A DNA stretch of 63,591 nucleotides, filler included, from Choristocarpus tenellus KU-1152 (GCA_964200185.2; 14 parts of 14 records of this genome joined end to end with filler, not necessarily neighbours in it), one strand, 5' to 3'; counted from the first letter of the whole stretch, positions 26,635-40,900 are shown. A program made the numbers and translations. The notes: generated from the sequence alone by a model not told the origin.

Positions 26635-28700
26635 TACATGGATCGATTTGCTGCACATTTCACCATTCTTATTGGTACGGTGGCACTAAAACGTGTTCAA
26701 ATCCTCATCGAGATACAGTGGGGAAGATGAACAAGTATTGGAATGATATGATGACTAAGACCACCACGACGACCATGTAAGGAGGGCGAAAATGATGATA
26801 ATAGAGAAAGAGAATTCATTTTTGTGAAGCAAAATATCCATGTCAGGGAACCTCATTATGCGCAATTATGAACTCATTCTATTACCCGCCTTAGTGTTGA
26901 CTTTGCAATTAAATAGAGTCGTTACTCTTCATATCATCTTCTTATGAAGACTAAGGCCACCACTAAGAAATGCCGACAATAACAAAGAAAAGGAGATTTT
27001 TTTGTGAAGTACATGAGGCAACCTCAATTGCAAAATTCAACTTTACGTTTCACTCTTTTCTTCCTTAGTAATGACCTTCTTATTCTTCACATCACCCCAA
27101 CACTCGTTTGCCTTCTGCACTACTGTGGTGTTTGGACGCCCAAGTTTAATTCCGTATCGATCGATTTTGGTAAAATTCATGAAGAGTCACCAAAAAGCTC
27201 TGGCAATCAGCACAGCGCAGGGGGAGGACTCCTCCTTGTATTGACAGCCGATTTGGATTACCGGTCATCATCAGCGATTTCTGTTGTCCCTGTGTTTGTA
27301 TGGTTTATTGGCACTATGGAGAGTATATTACGATGTCAACAAACAAGATATTTTGATATGGTGACACAGGGGACAGACCAGGGTCAAATTAGTCGACAGC
27401 TGGGTTTTTGATTCAGATACGATACGTAGAAGAATTCTTCAAGTCTTGGATCGCTTGTTGTCCCTAGGGCTACAACTCATTGACTCACAACTCCTTATTT
27501 GACTCCAGGGACACAGGGAGAACAGGGCATCCCAACTCATCCATAGGGGCTGGAGGGTCTAATGGGGCCAGTGGGTTTTGCTGCCTTGGGGGCTACAGGG
27601 GGACCTACGGGCGACGATGAGGGCACAGAGGTGCTTATGGTAACCAAGGCCTCTAAGCAATCCCGAAGAGATTTCAAGACCAATCCTGTGTCGAATAACC
27701 TAGTGTTATCCTTACTTTGTTTGTGCTGACACAAGTGTACAACATAGGTTATACATACGTTTATATTTGGTTAGGTATGATACAGAGGACGTATGTATAT
27801 AAAATATAATGAGTCAACATTAATCCACACGTCAGTGATGATGAATGGTTGACACGCAATTAATATTTCAGTGTGTGCTTTATCATGCAATTCAACTGCT
27901 AGCTTCCGGCGACGAGCCTCATGTATGCCAAGCTTCTCAACATGCTTAAGCGCTTAATCCAAACTCTGGCCAGGGGAGGCGCAGCCAGACTGGTTTGTTT
28001 TGAATTGGCATAGCACCACTCATGGCTTCTGATGGGACCAACACCAAACTCCTCCAGCTTTCGGACAACAATTATGCGGACTGGTTCGCTACAACGCCCC
28101 CTTTTGGGGGGGCTAAGGGGGACATTGATNNNNNNNNNNNNNNNNNNNNNNNNNNNNNNNNNNNNNNNNNNNNTTAATTAATTAANNNNNNNNNNNNNNN
28201 NNNNNNNNNNNNNNNNNNNNNNNNNNNNNACGCAGGGAGGGCGGGGGGGAGGGGGTTGTGGGTGGTGTGTTCTGTTGGTGTGGGGGGGGGGGGGGGGGGC
28301 GGGGGGTCCTTGCCACCAAATCAATCCTATTCTGTGGATCACTAATCGCAGATTACTTGCTACACTGTTTCCTATTCCTGAACTCTTCCTTAGTGTAGTT
28401 CCTTAACCTTTACCTAACTTATTTTGTTTCAGAACACAAACATGGTCTCTTCCGTCCTTAGATTGTTTCTTAAATAATCTGCTTTTACATGAGAATAAAG
28501 AGCGTATTCTTGACAGCTTGTAAGTTTCAGGGAATGCTTTGTAAGGAGGAGGTGTTAACCCTCTTTTGCAGCCACAGTACATTGGATCTACTAGAAGGTT
28601 CACTCTTGTCTTGGTTTCCTGGATTGTCGGATCTTGTTACCCCCCTTCAAATCAAACTGTCGTTTTTTTCAGTTCCTTTTTTGTATTTTTTACTTTCACT

Positions 28701-28940
28701 GAGTCAGGGTCAGCAAGAGGTACCCAGGGTTGCATTTTACAAAAAATGCACGTAGGATACGTTTTGAATTGTGTCGAATTTTATTTTCAAACAATATAGA
28801 GGGAAATGAACGTTTTCCAGTCAATACTAGTACTTTCATCCATAGAAACGTGGGCGAATTGTAACAGTTTTTTTTTTAATAAAGGGCTTAAAATGTGAAA
28901 CTGTCAAAACCTGGGTACCCTCTCAAGTCTACTTTGGTTC
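28701..28940. mobile_element. MITE family C copy inside the GT4 gene intron
   Basis: GAGTC...AGAGGTACCCAGGGTT / AACCTGGGTACCCTCT...TACTTTGGTTC inverted ends with an ACT duplication on both sides. Confidence 0.65.
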
Positions 28941-28979
28941 ACTTACCTCCCATCGGTTACGCTCTGACTTGTCTTGAAG

Positions 28980-29840
28980 GGGTCTCTTGGACAATACTTG
29001 AGGCCATGGTGAGGGGTCTCCCAACAGTGACAACATCAGCGGGAATAAAGGGACTGGGCATTCCAAGTGATAAGCTAGAGGACACGGTGAGAAGGTCTTT
29101 CCTTTGGTTGTTGGTTGTTGAACCTGTTCAGGAGGGAAGGTTTACCAGGAGGATACAGGGTGGTACACGCATAGTGTCAAGATTTACTGTTGAGCCAGCT
29201 CCCTCCATACATGTAGTGGTGTCTTGATTGAGATCCAGGTCGTGTGTATTGAGTACTACCTACACATACCGACTCTATCACCACAATGGAGTCTTGGGAA
29301 TGTTTGAGTCCTCTTCCTTGTGTTATCTATGTGTTCAAAATGTGTACTCTCCTTTTTTTGGTGGGAGGAGGGGGGGGGGAGACTGGCAACTAGTCCAGGA
29401 AATGGTGTCCCTAGGGTTGTGATTTTTTTAAATGGAAAGTGAGATGAGATTTCAAAAACGGTTTCTAGTATCGGTTCTTATGTACTACTGTGTGGACGAA
29501 TTAATGCACTGATTCTAATCAAGTACATCAGAAGTTTTCATTATCGGTATCAACTTGTACAGATAACTCCCTAACTGCATTCAACATTACACTTGAAATA
29601 TCTGATTTCTAACAATTAAAAAAAAACTTTTTCGTCATTGTTTCCCCCTAGATATTGGTCCGAGATGATCCGGAGGCGTTTGCTAATGCCGTGATATCAG
29701 TGTCAAGAGACCGAGCCCTGTGGGAGAAGCTCTCTAGGAATGCCCAACGGCATGCCCACACCTTGTCTCCTCAAGCAACCGGGGATCAGTTGTTGGGTGC
29801 AATAGTTGAAGCGAAAAATCAACTGCGAGAAAGGAAGTGA
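28980..29840 (+). CDS. Glycosyltransferase family 4 (GT-B) protein, last two exons
   Basis: Exon 28980-29086 reads GVSWTILEAMVRGLPTVTTSAGIKGL (cf. G...LEAMAxGxPVVTT). Exon 29652-29840 reads ILVRDDPEAFANAVISVSRDRALWEKLSRNAQRHA...stop. Borders are GT-AG. Confidence 0.85.
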
Positions 29841-31552
29841 AACATCCTGTGATTGATTTTGTTACAAATTGTTATAGATTCGTGAGTGCTGCACTTGTTG
29901 TTTCATATTATGTGTGTGTTATCGGGGAGGGGAGGGGATTATCCTGACTGGTTTGTGTTGTTGGTCTACCTTGGTGACTTTCTATTTTTGAAACTGTCGC
30001 TCTTCCTGTTTGCTTGTTACGTACTACGGGGAGTGCATCAGATTTTTGTAGCTCGAGGGAAGAATATGTATCTTTGTTCACCCTTTAAAATAATATGTAT
30101 CTTTACCTGCTCCTGATCGCTCGTAGTCCTATCCGTTTTTCTTGACATCTTCCGACACACATTGCTCTCTTGTACGTGTATATTATTATTATTAGTTCTG
30201 TGAGTCCATCAGTTGTGATTTGATTGGTCGTTCCGTGCTGCCGTTACAGACTAGGGTACATTAGTTGGGGGGGGGTTGCAATTCCCCATGTCCGTGCATT
30301 CCTCCATTCTGTTTCTTTTCCAACTGACGTAGGACAAATGGTCGTCACAAGACAATGAAAACGGTTAAGGGAGCTTTGTCTCCTGGGGGATTAACAATCC
30401 GAGAACCTTTCGTTTCCTTCCACTGGAAAAGGGGAGGGGTGATATGACAGTATGAAGTTCATCCGTGACAGTATATGTACCCATGAAATACTACATATAT
30501 CTGTCAATCGTTTCTTTCGCTGTCACATGTTTCTGCCGACTGAATCGGTCCCTAATTTCTTCCCTGGGAGTCACCCCTGCACAATCTGGATTGAGGTTGT
30601 GTTGATTGTAGTACATGTAGAACTCATTGTCTCTCTCATCACCGTGGCTGTGTTGAACACTCCACTCGATGCCTGAGTTCATTTCTGGTGCCGAAAAAGA
30701 TTGAATTCTGTTCATTAGGATAATCATTATTGTTGCATTGAATCAGTGTTGTGTAGTAGCAGCATGTGTTATCGTTGTGTTTTTCAACATAATGAAGTGC
30801 CTCTGTCCTTGTTCTTACTTAGGCTGCCTGAATAGTAGACACGGTGTTGTTGATCCGCCTATCTTACTTCCCAGGCATAGAAATGCAGCCATCCTCATTA
30901 GTAAGTGCAGTGGATCTGTGTTGTAGAGGTAGTTGTTCGGTCATTGGAGACTGGGATACTCGATATATCCCTGCTGGAGAGGTGTCTAGTCCATATTTTG
31001 TTTCTGCTTATCATTCTTGAGGGTAGGTGCTCTGTGTGTCCTGAGTGTATCAGAAAGGAGGTGTGTACAACATTTTGTCGTGCTTTCTCATCGAAGAGTT
31101 GCATCATGGTCGGTGTTGTGTGTGTGGTGTGTGTCCAATTGGTTGAGCTGACAGAAAACACAAACCTTTACTTTCATATTGTACAGGTTACGTGTAGTTG
31201 AGAAGTGCTACATGATAAAGGATAAATGCAGTACATGACAATGTGATACAAACATATATTAGCAGCATTTGCACTCGCGAAGTTGTTGCTGTTGAGCTCA
31301 AAAAGAGAACATGTAATTGTCGTTACCAGCGCCTCCTGTTCTACCACCCAACTAGGCAAAGAAGTATATGTGTGCCCGGGTACCTGTTTGGTTCTCACGA
31401 GTACGTTACTTCCCAACCGTACTTCTCTCCCCAAACAGCTTTAGTGGAGATTGGAAGGTAACATAGATTATTTGGTGAAATGTTGAAGTCTGAAGGCAGA
31501 GAGACCTGCAGGAGTAATTCAGAAAATTAGTTCTTTTGTAGGTCGGCACATA

Positions 31553-31632
31553 ACAGCCCAGCCGATCACCAAAATTGAGGATGGAGCATACTATGGAGGA
31601 TGGGTTTGACCCAAAATGGTGCGCGGAAAGTG
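31553..31632. mobile_element. Left part of MITE family D at contig end
   Basis: TA-ACAGCC...GATCACCAAAATTGAGGATGGAGC...GACCCAAAAT is nearly the reverse complement of 60393-60467. Confidence 0.75.
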
Positions 31633-32106
31633 NNNNNNNNNNNNNNNNNNNNNNNNNNNNNNNNNNNNNNNNNNNNTTAATTAATTAANNNNNNNNNNNN
31701 NNNNNNNNNNNNNNNNNNNNNNNNNNNNNNNNTATTTACACACACAAGTCTTGGGAACATCAATTTCTTTAACACAGCCAATATGAAAAGGTGTTGAAAG
31801 GCTGGATGAAACAGAGATTGGAAAGTGTGCATGCTGCACAACTACTAGTTAGCACACACGACCAACCAGGCAACAGACAAGTCAAACAAGACATTGTGGA
31901 TTTACACATGACAATATTCTCAGTCAATCGTGGACAGTATGGAAACAATGTGGTCTTGTTAGGTACAACAAAAAAAAGTGACCCGAATTTGGGAAACTCA
32001 AAACGCAATAGCTTACTGTATTGCCTACTACATAGTCGACAAAAAGCAGTATTTCTCAACTACGGGAGTACCTAGCCTCCATTTGTAAGGCTGACTGTTG
32101 ACTCAC

Positions 32107-35100
32107 CCTCTGGTAATTGAAGGCGGATTTTCAAGAAAGAGGTCAGCAAAGTGCAGCAAGTAGGCACCACAGTCACAGGCATTGTTCTGTTGGGGCACCT
32201 AGTAGGCATCATCGAACATCACAACACCGACAAGTAATACCATTCTTAGCCTTGGAGAGAATGGGATGATGCAAGGCAGTAGGCCAAGTAGTTGAAGAGA
32301 AATCATATGTCTACAAAAATGCCACTTGCTTTAAGGCATTGTGCAATCAGCTTGTGGAAAGATTTCAAACTTGATTGATAATCTCCTCATGTCGTTGTGC
32401 GTGATGTGAGGTGATCGACACATCAAACCAAATATTAGATCGTCCTCTCTCAAAATCCAGTGTTAATAAAAAAGTCTGCACCATCATATTGCTGAACTTA
32501 ACCCCTGATAGCCTGAATTTAGATATCCAATAAAATGAAATCATTCGATATTCTTGACTGCAAAATCATTAGAAACACTCAAAAGAGTTAGAACTGATCA
32601 CCCATAACGTAAGCCTCACATCAATGTTTTCACTGCCTAGCCATATTTTGCAACGTCTCAGAATAACATAAACCATGTTTAGTCATTACACACCAGTTTC
32701 AAGCAAAGGCCGTGTTCGTAGTCCGAAGTTCATTGGGCAAGGCCTGTGGCAACAACCTATCAACCTTACACCAAGGACAGCACATCTCCAGAAGGGATCA
32801 TCACCAGACAAGTTCCAGCTCCATACCAAAATGACCCTAACACAGTTGAAACATGGATGATTCAGTCATGCATACTTACACACGGCCCTCCTCAAACTAC
32901 TCGGGTTTAGTGTGGCAAATAATATGTTTCAGATCAATTTTCTTGCTTCACTTCGGTGGAGTTGATAATCGAAGGGATGGTTTCGATCTAATTTCGAAGA
33001 CTTGAAGACTTGCTCTATTTGACTACTTATCGCATGACAATTATTTGGTGTGAGTTGTCACACTTGTGGACCAATGTCTGTGAACAGCTTTTTGCAAGGA
33101 GATCGATCGCAGTGGAAAATCCATCAGCCTAAGTCACTTGTTTTGGGCCCCCAGACAGCACCAGCTGCCTGGTGAAGCAATAACCCTAACTTACAACCAA
33201 TGACTAAACATCAGCACAGCTGGAGGCCATTCCAAAAGATGTGCTTCAAAGTATCTCATTTGCCTGGAGAACGAACATCAACATACTAATCTCCATCACC
33301 ATCTGCACACGATACCACCACTCTTACACCTATTATGGTTGATATTCATCTGCCAAATCTTACCCTCTACATCAAGCAACATGTAAACAAGGCATGCATG
33401 GGCATGAGAAGATCGGTAGAATGTTGTATGTTAGACCTCCACGTGTACCATCCATCGCGCTGCCGTCCTCAGAAACTAACCAACACAACGAAAATATTCA
33501 CCAAGAAGTCGGAATTGTTTCAAGATCAGTGATAATATTCTTAAGAATAAAAATATTCCATCAACAAGGTTCAATACAAGGGACACGATTTAAAAATAAC
33601 ATTCACATCAACTGAAAAGCCTGCATGCCACAAAACAAGCCAATCGGATACATTCGCGTCGCATCTTTACTCTATCCGCCTATCTTGGAATCATTTGCCC
33701 ACATTCCCAAGAGTGGTGTGAGTGCTGGGGGTGACAGCTCACCGGTGGCCTCATGCTTGGCAGTGATGCTGCTGACAAGTCTGCTTCCCCTCTGGTATCA
33801 CGCTGGGTGTTATTCCAGGCAGCCTCAACATAGCTATGTCAACACAGGAAACAAGCCCGGGGAGGGGGGGTTGGCAAGGAATGGCCTCGTTACATGGTAG
33901 GTAGTTTGGAGGTTAAGAAAAAAAAGGTTTGAAGGAAATTTTGCTGGCAATGGCTAATCTAGAGCTCCATCGTCACAATACTGCTGGCTTCATTTTGATT
34001 TGCGCATGACTCATGATGTAACTGTAGTTATCAGTTGTCAACGCAACCAGTCTTACTATGTTACCCATCTATGGTAATGAGCTTCAAAGGGACATTCAAG
34101 GACATTACACGCAAGCACCAAAACCAAACATTTATTCCACAGGGTAGAAGCGATGATCTTGTACTGAAGATATAGTATGGTATCTCTTGGACAAGACAGA
34201 AATCGTCACAGGCAAAACCTCGGGTATCAAGAAAAAACTCTAGTATCATGTGCTCCGAATCAACAAAATTTGAATTTCCTCACCCTTCACAAATTCCCAT
34301 GCCCCACAACATCAGCACAGCGCTTACTGCTAGATATAAGGAGGTATCATAGGAGGTATCATAGGCCAACCGTGCCCACTGCAAAAAACCAAAAACCAAA
34401 AATCAGTTGAGATTGAGGGGCAAATAATTTATTATGAACATAGAGCATTTACACTGATACCAATCCAAGGTTTTACCACAATAAGTCAATAAATAGCATG
34501 CACCTGCCCTGAAATACCCCCTGCTCCCTGAATACTTTTTCATCTTGACAACCTTTGATACTGTTATCAATAGCATTAAAAAAATAACCTACGATCGTAT
34601 TGCCCTGTACACGCCTTGTGCTCGACTCCCCTTGATAGAATCGAGGAGCAGAATGCACGGCACCTCATCGTCCATGTCGGCCTCCACTGCCTCCTCCTTC
34701 GCCATCTTCTTCCTAGTCTCTGCACCGACCAGATCATTTGTCTTGTCTGGAATTCCTCTCCTTCTAGTCTCTCTTACCACCTCAGCACTCTCATTCTCCA
34801 TTGCATGACCATCCACCCTTACAGGCTTCCCACTGCCAGTAGGCTCTAACACCATTGATTCAGGGAGTTCTCCGCCTGATTGACATGTTGTAACTCCCAG
34901 TGTAGATTGTCCTGACACCCTTCGCCCAGGGTGGTCTCTTCCTGCCGACATGGCAATGTGATTACCCCTACTTACATCTCTATCCTCTTCCATCCACGCC
35001 CTCACTGCCACACCCTTTGAGTCACCATGCTTCTCACCACCCTGCATCTCACACTCCTGACCGGTCTTATCAACTGCATCATTTTTATCCTCTCCCACTC

Positions 35101-36106
35101 CTCCACACACAGAAACGTTGGAGGCTCCATTCCCTTGGGTAGATACTACTCTTGTGTGCATTTGTGAGTTTGATGTGGGTGCAGCAGGTTGACCTTTGAC
35201 ATTCTGTTTCCCCATCTTCCTTGGGGACTGAATCAGCCGCTGCTTCAAGGGCACAGTGGCATAGTTCGGGAGTCTCTGCAGGGCACAGGTGGCAATGCCT
35301 GGCCATTCCTTCTCCCCTGCTCTTTCTCTTGCCCATTTAAGGGAGAGGCGCTTTGAATCTGTTTTCACAGAGTTCTGGTTGATCATGGGGGAGGCAGGAT
35401 TTCCTTTCTCCTTAGCACTTTGCCCCTTTTCCTCTTTGGAGGCTGGTGCCGTCACTCCTCGGCTCTTGGGTTCCGCCTTGACTCTTGGTGTGGATGCATC
35501 TTCCAGGGACACCATTAGCCCATCCCCATCTTTCAGTCCTTCCCCTCGCCTGACCACATGTGGCATTCTACAACCCTCCTGCCACCTGTCTTCCCCTTCC
35601 ACGTCACCTGACAGGTCTACAGCTATGCCGTCACTCTTCCTACTATTGTAGACCTTGCAAGGAGTTTGGGGAGTTCGGTCATGCTCACGATTGCCTTGAA
35701 ATTCCTCATTCACCTGCTGCTGAGAGACCTGCCCCAACTTCAACCCCAGTCCCGATATTGAGCTCTTTGCTGACACATACCGAAATGCTAAACGTTCACC
35801 AGAGTTTTCATCTTTTGCCTGGGCTGAAGTTGACAGCTCATCCTCTTCAAAACCTCTCGCCCCAATCTCCACTGGTTCACTTTTTCCACACCTTCTTGTT
35901 GGGAAGGCCCTAGCAGTCTCTTGCTGAGACTTCGATACCGGGATTTCCGGATCACCCTTTGCTTTGACACAGTCAGGGTTGCACAAGATAGCGAGGCTCC
36001 AGTGCAAGCTGTCAAGAGGAGCAAGGGCATTTGAGAATGAAAAGGCCATCAGCGATCCATAGAAAGTGGAAAGACCTCAACAAAAGACCTTTAGAAAAAC
36101 AAACAA

Positions 36107-36137
<31 letters not shown>

Positions 36138-39100
36138 TGCCTATTCAAAATATGTAAGAATGTGGACACTGCAGAGGGTTAGGGTTAGGGTTAGTGGCCA
36201 CGAAGTGGTTGAAGAGACGAGAATCAAATACTGGGAGCTTGCAGCATGGGCAGAGAGTAATACTTGCAGTGCCCCGAGACCCAACCCAACAAGGGACATA
36301 TAAAAAGGAGGGATTGTGTTCAAAAACGAAGTCTACCCTTGACCACAATAAACAAGGAGGAGGGTGCTACGGAGTTTTGACGGTCCCTTTGATTTTCTGA
36401 TAGCACACGTTTTTGAATCACACAGTCCAGAGCTGTGGAGTGAATTTTGCCCGTGCATTCAGTTTGCAGAAGCAACTAAGTCGTCCCTATTAACACCATT
36501 CTTCAAGGGCCTCCATCTTCACTAAAATGAAGTTATGGAAACCCCTTCAACTTCAATACAGTAAAAAAAAACATACCATCCTTCCCCTCTTGAATGCTTG
36601 TTGATACCGAGCCAGGCTGTCGCCCTAAACAAACCCAACAACAGAACAGGTTGAAAAGTTTTCCACCGTGACACTTGATATCACCGAGAAGAGTCAGTTG
36701 GTGAGGTGTCCAATTCTTAAGTCATTTTGGACACCGCAGCTCATACATATCATACATAGAAAAATCGTGTCAAAAAACCCCGACTCAAATAGGGGCATCT
36801 GAGCTGTACTGAGGTGACTTCTTACTCAATCGCTGTCAACAAACAACCACCCTTATGCGCAAGGACCTCTTGCACTCAAATCGATCTCCATGCACCGCCT
36901 GTATAACCCTAACCCTAAGGTCCCTTTTGTACTGGTGCATTGTGACCAAAATCAGAGGTGTTTCAATACAAAGAAGAAAATGGAGTGAGTTATTCCTTGT
37001 GGCCATTATTGCGTTTATTGGTTCTATTGTCATTACGTAGTTGCTTCCACCTCAACCGGTAGCACGACGCCTAGGTGAAACTGTCACCTGCAAAGTCAAG
37101 AAGTGGCGAGATGGTGCAATAAAAGAAATGTAGTGTTCGAAGGACTACCTTGAAATTCTTCAGACTCGACCTGAAAAGCATAGTGTTAAGAATGCACTTG
37201 CTGAGAGGAAAGATCAGCTATCAAAAACACAGAAATGAAGTGCGCGCCAAACCTTTGACACTCTTATCTATGAATGTGTACTAGGCTTTAAAATGAATTA
37301 ATCGATTTTACCACTAATAAGCAAAGTCAGTATATATGTGTAAGATTCAAATACCCGAATATTCTTAAATATTTTACTGATTATATTGATTTCACTATTC
37401 CAGAAACTATTTAGTGCAATTCGTCGAATTATACATACTGTGTCATACATACTGTGTTCTACCCCCTACCACATAGCTGTGTTGCGGTTTTGTCAGAGAT
37501 AGGGCTTAGGGATAGGGGATGGCAGTAAGGTTAGCATGACACAGTGCCAGACACTAGGGTCAGGTTTTGGGCTACAATAAAAAAAAGTAGAGACAGGCTG
37601 GTACCCATCCCTTCAACTCGATCCAGATTAACTCACTCACCAGCTGTTGATGGGGAACATGACGATCTTCTTCTCAAAGAGGTTCATTCCCTTGGTCCAT
37701 TTCTGCAGGCGAAAAAAAAAAGGGGGGGTAGAAGCAAGGCCAACGGAGGAGAGTAACTCATGCAAAATGCACCAAGAAAAGGGGTAGTAGCACAATTGGA
37801 TAGCAACTGGAGCCTGGCATGTTTGCAAAAAAACAGGCGAGTGTCGCATCCCCAACAAACAAATTCCCTCCCAACATTCCGAACACCAATAGCACAGCAC
37901 AGAGCATACATACATACTGTTACTACTATCATGTATACATACATACTGTTACTACTGTTATGTATACTCCTGTGAATGCAGTGCACAGTAGTATGACAAC
38001 ACAAAACGCCCCAGACACTAACCTGATGTGCACAGTGTCCATCCAACCACCATGCATGTTTCCCTCAATTCCTTAGTGTACACTGAACATATTGACTGAA
38101 GGCATCAATCCATACACTATATAGATAGAAAATACACCTCCAATTGTTCTACACGCTCTATGTGAGTGAAACCTACAGGGTTCACCACTACACTGCAATC
38201 ACCAATGTGGCAGATGGGAGATTTGAGGGCCAAATATAAGACATCCAAAAGACTTACAATATATTGTAGGGGGGGAATATTAGACAAGGTTGTCCATTCA
38301 GGGCTTGATGAGGTGTTGCAAAACATTCCAGTTTGATTCCTGCTTTGCAGGTGATTTTCTTTTTTGGGGTCCAGGCAGGAGGATGGAAAAAGAGAGATGT
38401 GTCTAGACGAAGGAAAGCACCCTTGCATCCGACACATTCACTCATATGACAAGAAAACCGTTACAGGGTCACAAAGGCTCCGAATAGACGTCTGGCTGCC
38501 TCTCTAGGACACTATGGGTCAAAAACGGTTATCAAACCTACTGTGCTACTATTACACAGAGTAAAAAAAAATAGAACCTCTTCAGATTTTCCTCATACAC
38601 ATCAGTACCAGTACCTTGCCATAAGCACACCCATGTTGATTGGTGGATCGCTCGCAGAAACCTCTATAAAAGGTACACCTTTCCTTTGACTCTTACCTTA
38701 ATTCCCTGCCAGTAGGCATCTGTCTGCGGTCCTACCATGTTTCTCATTGCCTCAAAGAAGAGGGGGCTGAAGATGTGTACCTGAAAACGTTATACATCAA
38801 CACATCTTCATCAGTCGCCACAACCGGACTTGCACTATACACACTATAAACAGTAGTCCCGACCTCTTGAGGTATCTACATTCGGAGCCCGAAAGATTTC
38901 AGATTAGTTTTTTCCTACTGTATAGTTGGAGTGACATATGCAACACCTTCGAAACTGTACCTTTTAAAGTCCAATGGAGGCGATTCATGTACACCTCTGA
39001 GCAAAAAAAAAACAAAAAGTTTAGACATTAGTAGAAGTACAGAGGGGAACACACAACAAGAAAAAGGAAGGGCTTCAATCTTTTACCAAAGAGTTAAAAA

Positions 39101-39935
39101 GTACCCAAATGTTGTATACGTCTTATCACAATACCTCAATGCACAAATTGCCAAGTACTGCGAAACTGAAAGGCCTCACGACTAGCATTTCTAAGTGGGC
39201 CAGAAAAAAAAATTAGATAATCAAATTGAATCGAATTGAACTTTTGTCGCACGATTCGATGCGCGCGAAACGCGCGTAGTTGGCTAAATGGCATGCGGCT
39301 CCTCAAGGAAAAAACTCCAAAGTCTCCATAGGTTTCAGCAGGCAGATTCGAAGCCATGGACAGTCAAATGCTTAGTGAGTTGTGGATATTAATAGTGAAA
39401 TCGCAACAGCTATAGCATGTTATTCTTCTGTTGCCTTGGGCGGGTTGATTACTCACACTTCTGGTTATGTTCCGATTTCAAAATAAAATATAATCAAAGA
39501 ACCGATTATTTTTCAATTATTTTTCAATTATTTTTCTTTGTTCGGTTATTGCGAGTAATCGGTCTGAAGCTGATAGAACGATTGCAATTCACAAACACTA
39601 CACACTTTCCATGCAACAATGGAGTGTCACTAGCTTCCCTCAGCAAAACATTGGCAGTGCACTCTGATGCGCCCTTACACGATGCACTGCCCTTAACCAA
39701 GATACCAAAGTCTAACCAGGTACAAAATACACAAATGTCCTTAATCACGGGGAAACACACACATAAATACATTTCACGAACCCTCGCTTTAGCCGTTTCA
39801 AAGTACCTCATCACATGTTGTCATTACTTTCACTACCATGGCAAGTACTCGGAAGTTGAGATCAGCACAGTATGCTCAACCTTGGTCACCTGGTTGGATT
39901 GCAGACCACCTCCCAGGCCATTCAGGAGGAGGTAC
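32107..39935 (-). CDS. Ulp1-family (C48) SUMO protease, Ulp2/SENP6-7-like; partial at both ends
   Basis: Exons 39935-39890, 38780-38697, 37702-37641, 36008-34593, 33833-33743 and 32198-32107 join in phase. They give YLL...VHIFSPLFF...KWTKGMNLFEKKIVMFPINSCLHWSLAILCNP...PCILLLDS...SYVEAAW...VPQQNNACDCGAYLLHFADLFLENP. The catalytic His, Asp and Cys and the oxyanion Gln are all present. Confidence 0.92.
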
Positions 39936-40849
39936 CTGCAAAATTCGCACCAAGACGGCGTGAGACAAAAATTGGCGTAAACTACATTGACAGTGCAGCA
40001 AAAAATAAATAAAATAAAATAAAATAGAACAGAACAGAAGGAAGGTTCTTCAGCAATAGAAGTAATACATTTACTTCATGTCTATAGACGAGGTCTGGAG
40101 ACTCCATCCAGTATATAGTCCAAAAACTAACCCACCAAGGATGTAGGTAGTGAAATATGGTATGAGTACTGCAGAGAGAGAGATATATGTTCATCAAGCG
40201 GAGCAGGAAAAAAATTCACCAATCATACATACCCTAGCCCTAACCCTAACTACAAAAAAGTGCTACAACAAAACCGATGCAACTGCAGGATTTAAAAAAA
40301 ACAAAAACCGCCTATTCGCCGCGAAAAACGAATATACCATCTACACACGAATGCAGTAGCTGTACATGACATGCCAATAGATGTGTACAGAGACCTTTAA
40401 CACTGAAGCCTTGGCAATAGAAAGTTCAACAGTAGTACTCATCATCAGAAAAAAAAAAAACATGCGATGGAGTATCGTATATGGTCCGACTCAATATCCC
40501 GTTTGTACCACCATCCTCACAGTTTCAGTCCAATTTCGAACCAAAAAACATGTTCCGGGCTCACTTCTCGAAACAAACGAGGTTTGCACCAAACGGGCGC
40601 TCTGGGTAGCAGTGACTGATGCCCGCCCCATGCTTCATTGATCTCAATTGTATGTCAACCGATAACAATCTCATGTGGACGGCTCAGCAACACTGCATTG
40701 CCCAAACTAAGGGTTTCGTGCAGTGCTCCACCTTGAGCCGAGGCTGAGGTCTAGGGTTGTGGCATGTAAGGATGTGCATCATGGACAATAAATTCGTTGA
40801 AATAAATCGGCATTTTCCTTTGTGTGAACGAAGGAAAGTAGAAGGGAGG

Positions 40850-40900
40850 ACCAATCAGAAGGGAGGACCAATCAGAAGGGAGGTCCAATCCGTCAAACAA
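40850..40900. repeat. 17-bp tandem repeat AGAAGGGAGGACCAATC x3
   Basis: Three units near 40840-40890, each containing CCAAT. Confidence 0.75.

Noticed and set aside
30400-31440. Possible LINE or other coding relic on the minus strand
   Set aside because: Only fragmentary frames are present and I could identify no diagnostic RT or endonuclease motif.
36009-36049. N-terminus of the 486-aa ORF as a real start
   Set aside because: It is intronic. Homology and the acceptor at 36009-36010 show the exon starts at 36008.
39417-39980. 187-aa plus-strand ORF
   Set aside because: It is antisense to an intron and exon of the SUMO protease, has non-protein-like composition and carries no motif.
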